The notes: a model not told the origin generated them from the sequence alone. 64,000 bases of DNA from Centroscyllium fabricii (GCA_051313645.2 JBNRSN020000011.1:15500001-15564000), one strand, 5' to 3'; counted from the stretch's first letter, positions 33,621 through 47,659 are shown. A program made the numbers and translations.

Positions 33621-36600
33621 AAAAACACTGTTAAGTGTCTGACAACAAGGTTTTAATAAGCTTAATTAGGTCAGCTGCCTCTGCCGTTTGGATCCGTGCC
33701 ACACTGGAAAACGCGCCCGAGTTAAAGGCGCGAGGAGGCGCGATGACGGCGGGTTCCCAATTCACTCCAGTGCATTTTCAGTGACTTTTACTGCTGACCC
33801 GCCTCCAAACAGAAAAGCACGCCAGCGGGAAAATTCCAGCCTGTCTTTAATTGTTAGCCATGAATCTTGAAATGTTGCTGCAGTTCTGACGCAGATTTCT
33901 GTGTATTTATTTAATGCAACATTACCTTACGAACAGTATCTTACATAGACTAATAGAAGGAATACTGTGGTTGAAACAAAAAAAATCAGTTTATTTTCTG
34001 AATAGTGACAGAAATCTGGCCCACTTGGTTGTTCTCTGACCCTTAACTGATTTAATAGGTTCCCTTCGATCAAGCTGAACGCAACTCCCATATCATTCCT
34101 GGACTGCTGGAGTTTGTTTGAGGGGAAATTGAGCCATCTCAGTCCAGGGCCATATTTCAACACATGCAAAAATGTGCAATATACAGACAAATATAATAAT
34201 AATAATAAAAATCAAATGGCAAGTGTCACTTTTGAGATAGTTTATTGGTCAATAGAAACCACATGGCCATACCAATTTTTTTTAGCCATCATATTGGTCG
34301 TTGTTAATCACATGACTGTCAAATGTGTTGCTTTCTAACAAGCTGATTGGCTGCTGATAAACATGACCATTTTACTTACCAGCATTCCAAAGTCTGCTAT
34401 TATTCGATAGCAACCTGTTTCTAGCGGGCTTCTTCAAAGATTTCATTGATCCTTTGTCCAGATACCAAGGACTTGTTGAAGCAAATGTTTCATTTAATTT
34501 ATATTCTATGGTAAAATTCATTTTACTTATTTTCAGACATTTGATCGTTAATTTATGTTTTTAGTCAGCAGTCCCATGTTTTCATGCCCTGGATCTTTAA
34601 TTTGAGTGTATTCACTTACCATGTTTTTATTTTACCCAGGTTTATATTTAGAGAGAGATTTTATTCTTTCTATACATTTGGGAGCTTTGTCGAGCTGAGG
34701 TAAGCACAGCAAAAAAAAAAAATTTATATACTGGCAAATCTCCCGTAACATTGCTTGCAGATTTTATAACAATTGGCTGGCTGCTAACAAAGAGTGAGGG
34801 GAAAGTGTTACAGAAAGTAAGTGTGACTCTTGCAGGAAGTCTACATAATACAGAAGACTTGTAATATATAATTAGGAATCTACCATGACACTGCTTGCCG
34901 TAAGTCACTATTTAATAGCTATAAGTTATGAACAAAATGTGATGGGAAAAGTATTACAGGGAGCAAGTATGACATGTTGGAGGTGTGTGTTATACACAAG
35001 ACATTTAATATATTGTATTGTATGTATTACTAGTTCATCTCCCATGGCATTGCACATGGCAAGTTGGAGAATATGCTCTCTCTTACCAGTATGTGCAGTC
35101 TCAGTGTTATTAGTTCTCTCTCTGACTTTCATCTTCTGCTTTTGTCTCTCCCTTTTGATTTTCTCTGTCCTCTTCTGAATTTCTCTCTCTCACTTTCTTC
35201 TTTCCTTTTGAGTAGGGGGTGGTGTTCTGACATATTGTTGTGGAGAAAGGAACTGCCAACCTGCAGGCTGCCTTTGGATAGTGGTTGCAGGGGAAATGTG
35301 CCCCTCCACAACATCCCTTCCAATACCCTCCAACATTAACTCATGCTTCCCCCTCCCTTTTTCCCATAGTGTCCCATACCACTTTACTTTCCACTACCGC
35401 CTCACTCTCATAACAGCCCCTCTCAACCTTAGTGCCCTTTCCCTTGCTCCACTGCTACTCACTGCACTCTTAACCCTCCATCAACTCATAACTGCCCCCC
35501 ACCCAGAGTAGTGGCAAGAGGCAAGATGCCTTTCACCCTCAACCTGTTGCCCCTCCCTTCCAATCTGTTTCCTTTAGAAGCTTTGTTTTCTTTCAGAATG
35601 CATCTTACTTGCTCTTTAAAAAAATCAAATTAGAATGAGAAAAGCTACCCTGCCTCTCTTTCTCTCTCTAAGTGTTAAAAAGTTAGAATACTTTTTCTCA
35701 CAGATGGAAGAAAATAGCATTTACCTTTTCTAACTGTCAAAACAAAGGTGAGATAATTAGATGGCTTCAAAATTCAACTTTAAAAAGAACTGAACTAGCA
35801 GCAGGAAGACATTCTCTCAACCGTTCCTGTCAAATCTGTCTCTCTCCTTCAGCTTAATACACTTTCTGATGTTTATAAAACACAAAACAAAAACTACAAC
35901 AGGTGTGTAATCAGTGTGCTTCAGTTTTTCTCACTTGGATACACACACACATAATCACCCTTTCTGTTTTAAAAACCACACTCAATATATGCTTTACTTG
36001 AACAAAGATTTTCTTCAAATAATTTTGAAAACAAACTGAGTAGTAACTGCTGGAAGCTGAAGAAAAATATTCCATCAGTAGAACAGAATGAATGCTACTG
36101 CTGCAACCTGGGCAATTGGGTGCACGGCACATACTTATACTGCTAGATCCAAATTCGACTCACAACACATCTTGCAACAAAACTGTCAAGTCCAAGCCCA
36201 GGTTTTTGGAAGAGGTTGAAGTCTTTGAATGTTTTGATAATGTTATTATGAAATGTGCATTAAAATCAATTTTATTTTGTTTAAACCCTTATTTGAGCAT
36301 AACACATTTCTGTTACTGAGGAAAAAATGGTAGATCAAAACCTTTCAAGTGAAAAATATTCAGAAAGCATTTTGAGTGATTTTTGGGGCTAAAACCATCC
36401 AGTGGCCAGATTGTGTAATTACAGGGTGATGTGTTTACATAGTTCATTCCCATTATAAATGACATATAAACTTATGGTGGAAAAGAATTGACACACAAGT
36501 GTGCCAAAAAGACTAATGGCAGAAAGTAAGATTGTGTAGACAGGAGGTGTTCGTAGATATAAGATTACTGATAAAATATAGAGTTATTTCAGAAGCTAAG

Positions 36601-36934
36601 TTAGACAGGGATCACTGTTGGTCAGGCTCCATTTAAAAACATTTTCTGCACTTTTACATGGCTTTCTTATTTATCTTCAATTTATCCAAGGAGGACATTT
36701 AATTTATCTTTGACCTATCAGATCCTAAGAGGCTGAGTCCATTGCATATATACTATTAATAAAGCATAACGTGGTCATTACTCCTTAATTTATCCACGAA
36801 TCTTAACTGATCTATTTTGTGCCATTCAGGTAAAATTGATTGACAATGAGTAAGGACTTATTTTCTTTTGATCTGTGAACAACCCGGCATGAAATCACCT
36901 AATATCAGTTTAGTGTGTTTGGTAGGAATCCTAG

Positions 36935-37345
36935 TCAGCAGGTTGTGTGTGTTTGAGTCCCGCTGTGGAATGTGAGATTTACACTCGAGCCTGACGCGCA
37001 GTACAGTGCTAAGGGAGTGCTGCATTATCTGACCTGCTCTCCGACAGGTGAAACGTTCAAACCAAGACCTAGTCTGGCTCTTTCAGGGGTTCGGCTCGTT
37101 TAAGATCCCACGGCGCTCTTCAAAGAAAAGCAGAGGTTATCCAGGTGTCCTGACCAATATTCTTCCCTCAACCACCACTATCGAAATCAGATTACCCGCC
37201 ATTTATCGCATTGTTGTTTGTGGGATTGTGCTGTACCCAAAATGCCTCCCTATTGACTAACTCCACTTCAAAGTAACTCAATGTCATGTGAAACACGTTG
37301 AGCCTTTCTGAGAAATGTGACGAGGTGCTATATAAATGCTTCTAC
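36935..37345 (+). mobile_element. Diverged Deu-domain SINE
   Basis: cagtacagtgctaagggagtgctgcatt...aagatcccacggcgctcttcaaag...tatataaatgc. Confidence 0.7.
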
Positions 37346-37670
37346 TTAATAATCCCGTACCCTCTCGTTTTGCTTTTAACAGCCTGCGTCGATTTAATGT
37401 TCCGGATTTTTTTAAGTGATTTTTATAATTTGTTGTTCGAAATATTTTATTTATAGCAGTTTCTTTATGGCGGAGGCAACAGGTTTCAACAAAATTCGAC
37501 AAATTACGACGTTAAACGTAAAATCGTTGTCACGAAACCGGTAAAGCATCGAAAATGCTCTTTCATTTTAAAAATAGATATTTTACAAATGATCTGGGCA
37601 AGAATGGCTCGCAATATTTCCAAATAATCGGTGCTTCCCTTAAGACGAGAATGGCACGGAGCAAGTTTCT

Positions 37671-38066
37671 ACACGGTGGCATAGTGGTTAGCACTGTTGT
37701 CTCACAGCACTAAAGACCCGGGTTCAAATCCGTCCTCGGGTACTATCTGTGTGGAGTTTGCACATTCTCCCCGTGTCTGCGTGGGTTTCCTCCGGGTGCT
37801 CCGGTTTCCTCCCACAGTCCAAAGATGTGCGGGTTAGGTTGATTGGCCAGGATAAATTGACCCTTAGTGTTAGGGGGATTAAATATGTGGGGTTACGGGG
37901 ATAGGGTGGGATATGTGTCGGTGCAGGCTCGATAGGGATCGAGGGATATGGGGAGAGGGCAGGGGTGGGGTGCTGGGTTTGGATGATCAGCCATGATCTC
38001 ATTGAATGGGGAGCAGGCTCGAAGGGCCGAATGGCCTACTCCTGCTCCTAGTTTCTATGTTTCTAT
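37671..38066 (+). mobile_element. HE1-type SINE
   Basis: CACGGTGGCATAGTGGTTAGCAC...GGGTTCAAATCC (A/B boxes), V-domain, tail TTTCTATGTTTCTA. Confidence 0.9.
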
Positions 38067-39294
38067 TAGCCCTGAATTCTCCAAGAGATCAAGTTAGAGA
38101 ATATATTAAAAACTGCCGATCGATCATCAAAGGTACGGAAGATCCGTTTAATGGTGCCCTCTCTCTACTCGAGTCTGAGGGTAGATCAGTCCCATCGTGT
38201 GTGTGTGTAAATCAGTCTGAATTAAAATCTACTAAATTCCGTGATTCCTTCATCCACTTGCTGTGCTTCTATCTTCAGACCTGGGGTCCAGGACACAAAG
38301 TGCCCCCTACCCGCCATCTCAGCCAGATTCCAATGGGTGAACGCTGCAACCAGCGGCCTCGCTGCAGGAGTCCTTTTAGTGGAGACACTATGTAGAACTG
38401 CAGTGAGCAGATGGGTAAACTCAGGGCGACCGCGTTTGTCTCAGCATCGCCGAGATTTCGGCCTAACGGCGTTTCCACCATAGGCATTCCACCCCCTCCC
38501 TTTAAACGGTATGTGTTCAAGTTTCTACACCAATCTAAGGAGACACCCCGCAGCTGGTGCGGTAATACTGACCGCCTCCGGTCTACCTAACTCCTTCCTT
38601 CATTTGCTCAATTAAAAAAATCTATGCAAGTTGTTTGAACAGCCTAGTGTGATGATTGGGGCTGGTTAAAGAGAAGTGAAACAAACAGAATCAATTACTG
38701 GCAAACGTCAGGTATTTTAAACACAGCTCCGATACATTAGAGGTGTATCTTCAACTTCTTGCATAAATGTGCAAGCACACATATGAAGATATAGATGTTT
38801 GCGCACAAGACACAACGATCCTTGTGTTAAACTATGTGACAAGCCCCCGCGTCCAGTGTGCCAGTTTCTCCCGAACGGACAGTGAACCGGGAGGAAATCA
38901 CTTCAATCGTTTTCCTCCGGGAATCCTGCATTCAGATCCCTGTTTACCATGTGGCTCGATCTCTCCCGGGAATTCTCGCAGGGCTTTGTTAATATAGGAT
39001 AGCCCTGAAATCAAGCAAACAACCGGGTAGACGACCCTAACAATAATAATAACCTGCACTGAGATGGTTAGGAATGATCAGAAAGAGAGCTGGGCTCGAG
39101 GTGTTCACAGTTCGGAAGTGCTGCGAAATTCGTGCATTTTACACCAGTTAAGAAGGAACCCAGGTTGGGACCCGAAGTTTATTGCTGTTGAACGAGCGCC
39201 CTATTAAAAAACAATTTAAGTTGCGTGTTAATTTGCAAAGTCGACTTATTTATTTGTATTGCCATCTATGTACGTTATATGTGCAATACATACA

Positions 39295-40785
39295 AAGCAT
39301 TGCTGATCATCTTCCAAAATTCAATAGACTCTGGAACAGTACCCATGGATTGGAGGGTAGCTAATTTCACCCCATTATTCAAAAAGGTAGTAGAGAGAAA
39401 ACCGGGAATTATAGACTGGTAAGTGGGGAAAATGCTAGAGTCCATTATAAAAGATGTAATAGCAGAGCACTTGAAAAACAGTGACTGGATCGACAAAGTC
39501 AACATCGATTTACAAAAGGGGAAGTCATGCTTGACTATTGGACTGGATTTTTTTGATGATGTAACTGGTAAAATAGATAAGGGATAACCAGTGGATGTGG
39601 TGTATTTGGACTTTCAAAAGGTGTTCGATAAGGTCCCGCATAAGAGATTAGCATGTAAAGTTAAGGCACGATTGGGGACAAGGTACTGACTTGGATAGAG
39701 AACTGGTTGGCAGACAGAAAGCAAAGAGTTGGAATAAACGGGTCTTTTCCCGAGTGGCAGGCAGTGACTAGTTGGGTACCGCAGGGATCGGTCCTTGGAC
39801 CCCAACTATTCACAATAGATATTAATGATCTAGATGAGGGTACTAGATGTAATATCTCCAAGTTTGCAGACGACTCAAAGCTGGGTGGGTGTGTGTGCTG
39901 TAGGGAGGATGCCAAAAAACTCCAGTATGATTTGGACAGGTTGGGTCATTGGGCAGAAGCATGGCAGATGCAATATAATGTGGATAAATGCGAGGTTATC
40001 CACTTTGGTGTCAAAAACAGGAAGGCAAATTATTATCTGAATGGCAATAGATTGGGAGAAGGGGAAGTGTAACGAGACCTGGGTGACCTTGTGCACCAGT
40101 CACTGAAGGTATGCATGCAGGTGCAGCAGGCGGTTAAGAAGGCAAATGGTATGTTGGGCTTCGTAGCGAGAGGGTTTGAGTACAGGAACAAGGATGTGTT
40201 GCTGCAGTTGTACAGGACCTTGGTGAGACCACATCTTGAGTATTGTGTGCAGTTTTGGTCACCTCATCTGAGGAAGGATGTTCTTGCCATGGAGGGAGTG
40301 CAGCGAAGATTCACCAGGCTGATACCAGGGATGGCAGGAATGATGTATGAGGAGAGATTGGGTCAATTAGGCTTATACTCGCTGGAGTTTAGCAGAATGA
40401 GAGGGGATCTCATTGAAACATGTAACACTCTAAAAAGACTAGACAGACTAGATGCAGGAAGGATGTTCCCGATGGCGGGGGAGTCCAGAACCAGGGGTCA
40501 CAGTCTAAGGATAAGGGGTAAGCCATTTAGGACAGAGATGAGGAGGAACCTCTTCACCCAGAGAGTGGTGAACCTGTGGAATTCTCTACCACAGAAGACC
40601 ATAGAGGCCAATTCATTTAATATGTTCAAGCAGGAGTTGGATATATGTCTTAAGCCTAAAGGGATATGGGGAGAAGGCAGGGACAGGGTACTGAATTTGG
40701 ATGATCATCCATGATCTCATTGAATGGTGGAGAAGGCTTGAGGGGCCGAATGGCCTACTCCTGCTCTTATCTTCTATGTTTCTAA
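39295..40785 (+). mobile_element. 5'-truncated CR1 LINE (RT region to 3' tail), decayed
   Basis: DWRVANFTPLFKK, YLDFQKVFDKVPH, VPQGSVLGPQLF, KFADDSK, RPHLEYCVQFWSP; tail TCTATGTTTCT. Confidence 0.93.
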
Positions 40786-41320
40786 AGTACATATGTATGT
40801 GCAACTTGCTTGTACAGTTAGCGGTACACTATATATGTAATTGCGTGTGTAAATATGCATGTGAGTGTAAGATAAGTCTACATATGGATTTTTAGAAGTG
40901 TGTATATATATATATCTGTGCATCTATATAAACACACATACAAACAAATAGGCATACCTTCAAATATTCCGCAGATAGAAAATCAGATGCACAGAGAGGC
41001 GCTGACATTCGAGCAAAAAATGTTACTTCAAATATTTAGTACAACATTCCTAGGTATCTTCCTCTGTATGTGCACGTGCGTGAATATAGGTATCTGCGTA
41101 GGTAAGGGTGGGTACAAGCAGGTATGTGTGGGGGTGGACATGTATGGGGGGACATGTGTATGCATGTCAGAATTTGTGTATATATGCATGTGTGTGACCG
41201 TGGGTGTGTGGCTACAGCCACTTTGTCTATACTTGGGGATCTATGTATGTGTAGGTATGTACATCTATGTAACTATCTGTATATGTAGGTGTACGTGTGT
41301 GCATGTTGTGTGTCCATTTT
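40786..41320. repeat. Low-complexity TG/TA-rich tract
   Basis: Degenerate (TG)/(TA) dinucleotide sequence. Confidence 0.7.
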
Positions 41321-43170
41321 GGCAATCTATTAATACTCCCCTTCACATTAATACGAGCTGATTTCATATTAGAAAGTGAATATGCCAGACACGGCTCAGT
41401 ATAATGTATTATCTTAAATCCAAATAATTTTAAAATGTAGAACAATTTGAAAAACATTCGCTTCAAGGAGATTTTAAAACGGAATACATTTGATTCTTTA
41501 TATAGAATAAAATTGCTGGGTGTATTTTAAACCGCTATGATTCGGATCCTTTTAAATAAATCCTTGTCCCGAAATATGCCCCCTTTGCCCCCCAGCTCCA
41601 CGTCTCTTTGCCGTTAACGAACTGCTGTGTTCTGTGATATTACAGAGGAGAAAGGCCCGCGTTCACATTCCTGTCGACAGCGAGCCCCTGGTAACCCGAA
41701 TAAACCCACCGACAAATGGGTGATTCGCTTAGGCACGACTATCAGAGGAAAGAACGCAATGCAATAAGTAAAGACAGAAAATATCACTGGTTCCTTCTGA
41801 AGGGCCTGGGCTTTTAAATACCACCGAAATAACCGAAGCTGTGCCTTGTTTTTTCGATTGTTTCAAAATAATTTACCCGTTAAAGAATTGGTAATTATTT
41901 ATGTCTGGTATTTGTGTTAATCTTCTGATTAAAAGAAACGCGAAAGTTAATTCTTGGGCGGGCTGTAGTTTGGAAAATATCGAAGGAACCGTTTTTCTGA
42001 TCATTTATTTGCAACAGGTCTGGCAGAAATGGTTTGGATCCCTTTAAATTAAATATGAGTCAGAAAGGGGGAAATAATGAAGAACCCTAAAATCAGCCCG
42101 TGTGTGTGTGTGCATCTGTGGATGGCTGTGTGAGTGCCCGCCTCTGTATGTGTGTCCCAGTGCTGATCCAGATCACAGCATAGATTCAAAGCATTCATTT
42201 TAACAGGCTAAGCAGCCGGAAGAATAACTTTACTGAAGGGTGTAAGCGACTGCGTTGCTAGGCCTTGCGATTAGTAATTACGTCGATACCGGTCTCTTTA
42301 TAATAATTATGGCAATCTACATTTTTTTCGTAATCCTCCTAAACTTTTAAATAACTCGCATATCTAAAGCGGTTTCACAGTGATGTTACGTGTGATTCCT
42401 CTCTCGGCAGCATGTGGTTTTGTTCAGAACACATTAAAAGAGACCGAGAGATTTAAAATCGGAAAACATGAGAATATGAATTAGCACCTGGAAGACTACT
42501 GCAAGGACGAAACAAATCTTGGCTTTGTTTTTGAAGACACAAATGGACAGACAACTCCTGACACCCAGAGAAAGGATTGGGAAAAGTCCGCCTAACCGTC
42601 CATGCAACGCGTCACAAAGTCCCAGATCAGTATTTCAACCCTCTGCTCTCTCGTCCCTTTTCTGTCCCATCTCCTCTCCTATTGTTATTGCATCTCAGTG
42701 TCTGCCTCCAATATTTGTTTGCTACCTCTCTACACGCAGACTCAAACTCTCTGTCCTGTGTGTGCCTCTCTCTCCGGTATTAATGTGTTACCTACTATCT
42801 ATACACACACTCTGTGTGTGTCTTTGCTTTCGAGCTCTGTCTTCCAGGCCCTCTGTCCTGTCTGTCCCCATCCCTCTCCTGTCATTGTATCGAGCTGTGT
42901 ATTTCTCTCCCACTAATATCGGTCAGCTACCCACTATCCACACACTCCATGCTTGACACGTTTCCTTAAATCCTGTATAAAGTATTGTGTGAGGAAATAA
43001 GGCATCGACAAGCAGTCAATGTATGTCAAAATAAAGACCTGCTACCCTATTAATTGACCAGGAACACACTTCTTGTGAGTGTAAATGTTTTACTTGAAGA
43101 CTTTTTATCCATTGTTTAAACTTGTCACTTTTTTTGGAGGGGTGAGGGTAAAATTAAAGTTATTTATGTT

Positions 43171-43307
43171 AGAAGTCACACAACACCAGGTTATAGTCCA
43201 ACAGTTTTATTTGAAGTTTCAAATAAAACTGTTGGACTATAACCTGGTGTTGTGTGACTTCTTATATTTGTCCACCCCAGTCCAACACCGGCACCTCCAC
43301 ATCACAG
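43171..43307. mobile_element. Minimal Penelope-like hairpin insertion (same family as 19402-19800)
   Basis: Perfect 45-bp inverted arms 43171-43215 / 43218-43262 with a 2-nt loop; 45-bp unpaired tail; 10-bp TSD TATTTATGTT (43161-43170, 43308-43317). Confidence 0.85.
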
Positions 43308-44159
43308 TATTTATGTTGCTCTCGGAGTGGTTTAAGAAATATTTGTAGTGCCCCGGTGTATTTGACGGCACTGTCTATGAAACGCCCTGAACCCCGCTCT
43401 CCGAGCAGGGCCTTTAACTGGCTGCATGTCTAATATAATCATGGATATATGGAATTATGGCCGCGGCACTTCGGCGGCGTTCTTTAACACACATTTCAAA
43501 CTGTTCAACTTTCTTGCGATTTACTTGATCGTTTTACAGAGAGCGCGCACGGGAGCAGCCCTGATCCTCACAGGCGGTCGGCGACAGGATTTATTTTTAT
43601 ATCATGAAAAAGGCAGATCAACGGACATTTCTAAACTACAAATACTCGAGATAAATCCCAGTCAACGGATTCGCATTAATCTCCTAGGATAATGTAAAGG
43701 GATATGTTTTCCAGCCGAGGCTATTTTTCAGAAATAGTTTGGTGTAAGTATATCTGGGAGTGGATTTTTTGGGAGGTTTCTGCTGAGTGCAGAATTCAAT
43801 GGTAAATTCAGAGTATGGGAAAGTCCTCCCCGGGCATATCTTAATTTCACCTCATGCCTCGCTCTCTGCGTCGCTCCTCGGTTTAAACGCAGCAAGTCCG
43901 AGTTAAGGTATTCGTATATCTGGGGTTTGATTTAGGGGCAGTAGATTTTTATACTGTAATCAGAAGTCTACAGGGTGGCGTTTGGCACTGCGCGGGCAAT
44001 TTAATGTTGCGGTGGAATTCATCGGAATTTGAAAATTTTCAGATAAAAGCCCAGAATCAGGGGACAAACATTAACTTGATTGACTGTCGGGGCATCATAC
44101 TAATTTACAGGCATCACTCTTCATCAGATGTGTAATGATTTCAACGTGTGTTTTAAGCT

Positions 44160-44830
44160 TTTGTCAATGTGTATATATAATTTATGTTTAGATACATACG
44201 TACATATACATAAGATCGATGAATGGATATATGTATATTTATACATTATATATACACGCGTGTATACATCGGCTCTGCATATAGATGTAAAATATATGTA
44301 TATGATCTGTGTGCATAATGTTTGGGCATATATGTGCGTTCATTGGAATCTATACGTGTGTACATAATATGCATGTATATATAACATGGGTGGACATCGA
44401 GTTGTGTGAATAATTATGTAGCAGTTGATGTATATTCAGTGGGAGCACCCACGCCGCGTGTATACATTCTGTGTGTGTGTATGTGTATTGCACATACTGT
44501 ATTTATGTATTTAAATAGTGTATCTACGTTACATATACCCTGTATAACATAGTGTTGATTTTGTTTACAACATATATTGTAATGTGTATTTATCTTGCAC
44601 ACATTGTGCATTGTTGCATATTTATTTTGCATATATATAATATACATTATGCATTTATTGCACTTATTGCACATACTATGTATGTATTGTGTATTTATTT
44701 TGTGTATTGTATATGCTGACTATAATATGCATTGTGTATATTTCACATTCTGTATAATATGCATTGGGCATTTATTTTGTGTATGTATATTATTTTACAC
44801 ATTCTGTAACCATGTTGCTCATAGCTGTAC
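44160..44830. repeat. Low-complexity AT/TG-rich tract
   Basis: Degenerate TATG/TGTA repeats. Confidence 0.75.
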
Positions 44831-45014
44831 AAGCATCAACACGCAAGTTATGAGGAATCGAGTTATACAAACCACATGTGAACGAGCTGTTCAAATTAAA
44901 AAAGACCCACAACCAAAATAAAAAGGGCGAGGTAAAAAAAAATCTAAAGAAAAAGACAGGGAGATTAATTCTGAGATTTAATATACAAAACGAAACTGGG
45001 AATAAAAAACTCAC

Positions 45015-45081
45015 CAAGAAGGGAGGCGGGTGTCTGAGCAGAGTGCTGCAAACTTGCTTCCATTTTCAGTCCGTCCAACAT
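45015..45081 (-). CDS. LMX1A: LMX1A first coding exon (coding part; the exon probably spans 45015-45101)
   Basis: GAGATCATG start; encodes MLDGLKMEASLQHSAQTPASLL+G, matching the LMX1A N-terminus MLDGLKME. Donor G|GTGAGT in phase 1 matches the LIM1 exon. Upstream acceptor ctctgctctcttcatttAG at 45102-45103 implies a non-coding exon further upstream. Confidence 0.9.
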
Positions 45082-47659
45082 GATCTCGGGGAAAGCGGCA
45101 CCTAAATGAAGAGAGCAGAGCTTGTCAGCTCGGCCGACCCTTCCACACACAAATACCAAATCGCTAGCTCGCAGGGGTTGACTTCTGTCAAACACCCAGC
45201 CTCGGATCCTTTAAGCAGCGCCCGATCTGATTGCTGTTGGGCTCGGCACATGGGAGAGCAGAGGGACCGTCGGCCACCGTCAGGGAGAGGTCGACAGAAC
45301 TTCCCCCCCTTCTCCTGCTCTCCTCCTTCCCCCACCCCCTCCCCTCCCCAAAGTTACCGATCTCCACCAGCACACTGGGAAGCAGTCTGTGCGGAATGAT
45401 AAATCCGACAGGCTGGTTGTCGCATGGGTCTGCGGACGGACATGCAAATTACGGCTCAAATTAGGAAATAAACGCAACAGGGATTCGGTTCAAATCTCAG
45501 CGTTTAACCCAGGATTTCTGCAAACATTTACAAAGATAAAACATTCAAAACATTAATAAGAGGCAATAACAAACGTGTTGCTTGCAATATTTTATTTTAA
45601 TTTAATTTACTTAAATTTCCCCCCCCCCCCCAACAATATTTCTTTCTAACGTTGAAACTGAATGAATGGTTCCCCTCACTAATATATAGAGATTTCTTCT
45701 GACTGGCAGGGAGCTAACGGTTAAAGGGACCGCAAAAACAGTTAATTTCTGAAACTCGTGGCCACCAGGAACATTAATTTCCTGTGAAATGAGTTCTGAA
45801 ATTGGTGAGGAGGTGGCCGGGAAAAGGGGGTGATAACTCATCTATCTATTTCTCCCATCAGGTTAACACGCAGTTCGGCCCAGGACAGAGGCGCCGGATT
45901 AATTTCACACCTCCGTCCAGAACAACTGATCAGAATTTTTGCCAAGATCCGCTCCCTCCCTCTGTAGTCAATTGGACAACGCTCTACTTATATAAAAAAT
46001 AAAAGGCAAAAAAAAGTTTGTTTAAAAAAAACTATTTTAAAAAGGTCTGTGTAATTAATGTTAATTTCAAGAAGAGGTGTGACTGGATTTGACAAAGCCA
46101 CGCATAATATTTTACATTCAATTGTAATTAATATTTGAACAACTCCAAAACACCACGTTACCAATGTACTGCCCAAATTGGAGTTTTGCGTGATTTCACG
46201 CCGAGTTTTATATCTGTCTGCACAGATCTATATATATTATATAAATGTCAATGCTGGAATTGCTTTGCATTAAACAAAGCGCTGTCTCGTTCAACGCAGT
46301 CTCCAAATATCCCGCTTCGAATAAATAATGACATTTCCCGTTTTATTTTTTTTCAAAAAATTAAAAATAAAACAAGATTTGTAAATCTGAAATAAATTGG
46401 CCTGGTTAAATAATGCAGAAAGGATATAGGGAGTTAGTTGAGTGGAACTGGGATGGGGAGCGCGGGTTATAAATTACAACCAGCAAGATTTGTTTAAAAT
46501 AAATACAATACGAATAGAGACGGTGTGTAAACATGATACACGCGCCTTTCGTGCTCGCCGACCTGAGAAGTGTTTTTAGAATCAAATATTCAAACAAATA
46601 AAAAAGCTGCAGGTAACTTTAAAAGTTGTGTGAAAAATTAATAATTAACCATCTTCGATAGAATGAGTAGCAAATGGGGCTGGAAATTGGACTCTTTTTT
46701 GATATCTGTTCACGATTGCAAATACTACACAAATAGGTATTTGAAGAAAGGCGGCTGATTGGAAGTGATTTAAAGAACTCCGGGAGACGCCAATCGTGCG
46801 GATCCCGAGCAAAAATGTGTACTTGTTCTTTTGTTAAAATAACTTTTAAATAAAGTTAAAGGCTGGGCACTCCCCGTCAGCCAGTGCTGCTTTTTTGTCA
46901 ATTTAATCACAAAATACATGCATAGACATCGCTGAGAGTGCTCGGTTAATTAGCTCGCTATCACTGTTGTACGCTCTACAATGCAACTCACCGCTATGAC
47001 AGGGACCACAGTCACTCGTATGAGGGGACAGATTTAACTTAAGGGTTTGGCGGGCTGCTCAAAACCGACGTACAGAAGCAGATCACAGCCCCCTGTCCCC
47101 AGCCAGACTCTGTGCAGGTACCTGTGTCCCAGAGCTAATCGACAGATCCGAGAGCCCGTCCCAGGTATCGTGAAGTTCCTCTTTCAGTCCAATGATCCCA
47201 GCACGCCCCAAATCCAACTCCCAAAGTCCTGGCTGTAATTAACGTTGGTGGGATTTAGCTCTGTCTGTTGGGGGAAGGGAGAGGGAAGACAGAGGAAACG
47301 GCTGTCTGATCCCGACTGGGTTTGAGAGCTTCCTAATCCCAAACTTTTCTCCCCGGGAATCACACACTTTCTCTGCGAGTCACCTCCAGCCTGAACCTTG
47401 GGAGCCAGCCCCTCCGATTCCTCCGCGCCAGTCAGAGGGCACTGGGCGGAGGAACAGTCGACTCTCAGTCGGGTACAAAAGAATCCTGGCTCAGGGAGAC
47501 CAACGCGTTTCAGCAAAACCCCAAACAGTGAGGGCAATGGTGGCACCGAACGAAAAACCACACAACACAAAGATCCTAATTCACACATACACACTCCAGC
47601 ATGAAATGACAGCGAGAGAAAATGAGAAGGAAATCGCCTCGGCTGCTTTGGCTCGCTCC

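Noticed and set aside
40900-41361. Cys/Val-rich 153-aa ORF (also 44595-44921 and 24666-25043)
   Set aside because: These are translations of TG/TA or GATA low-complexity repeats
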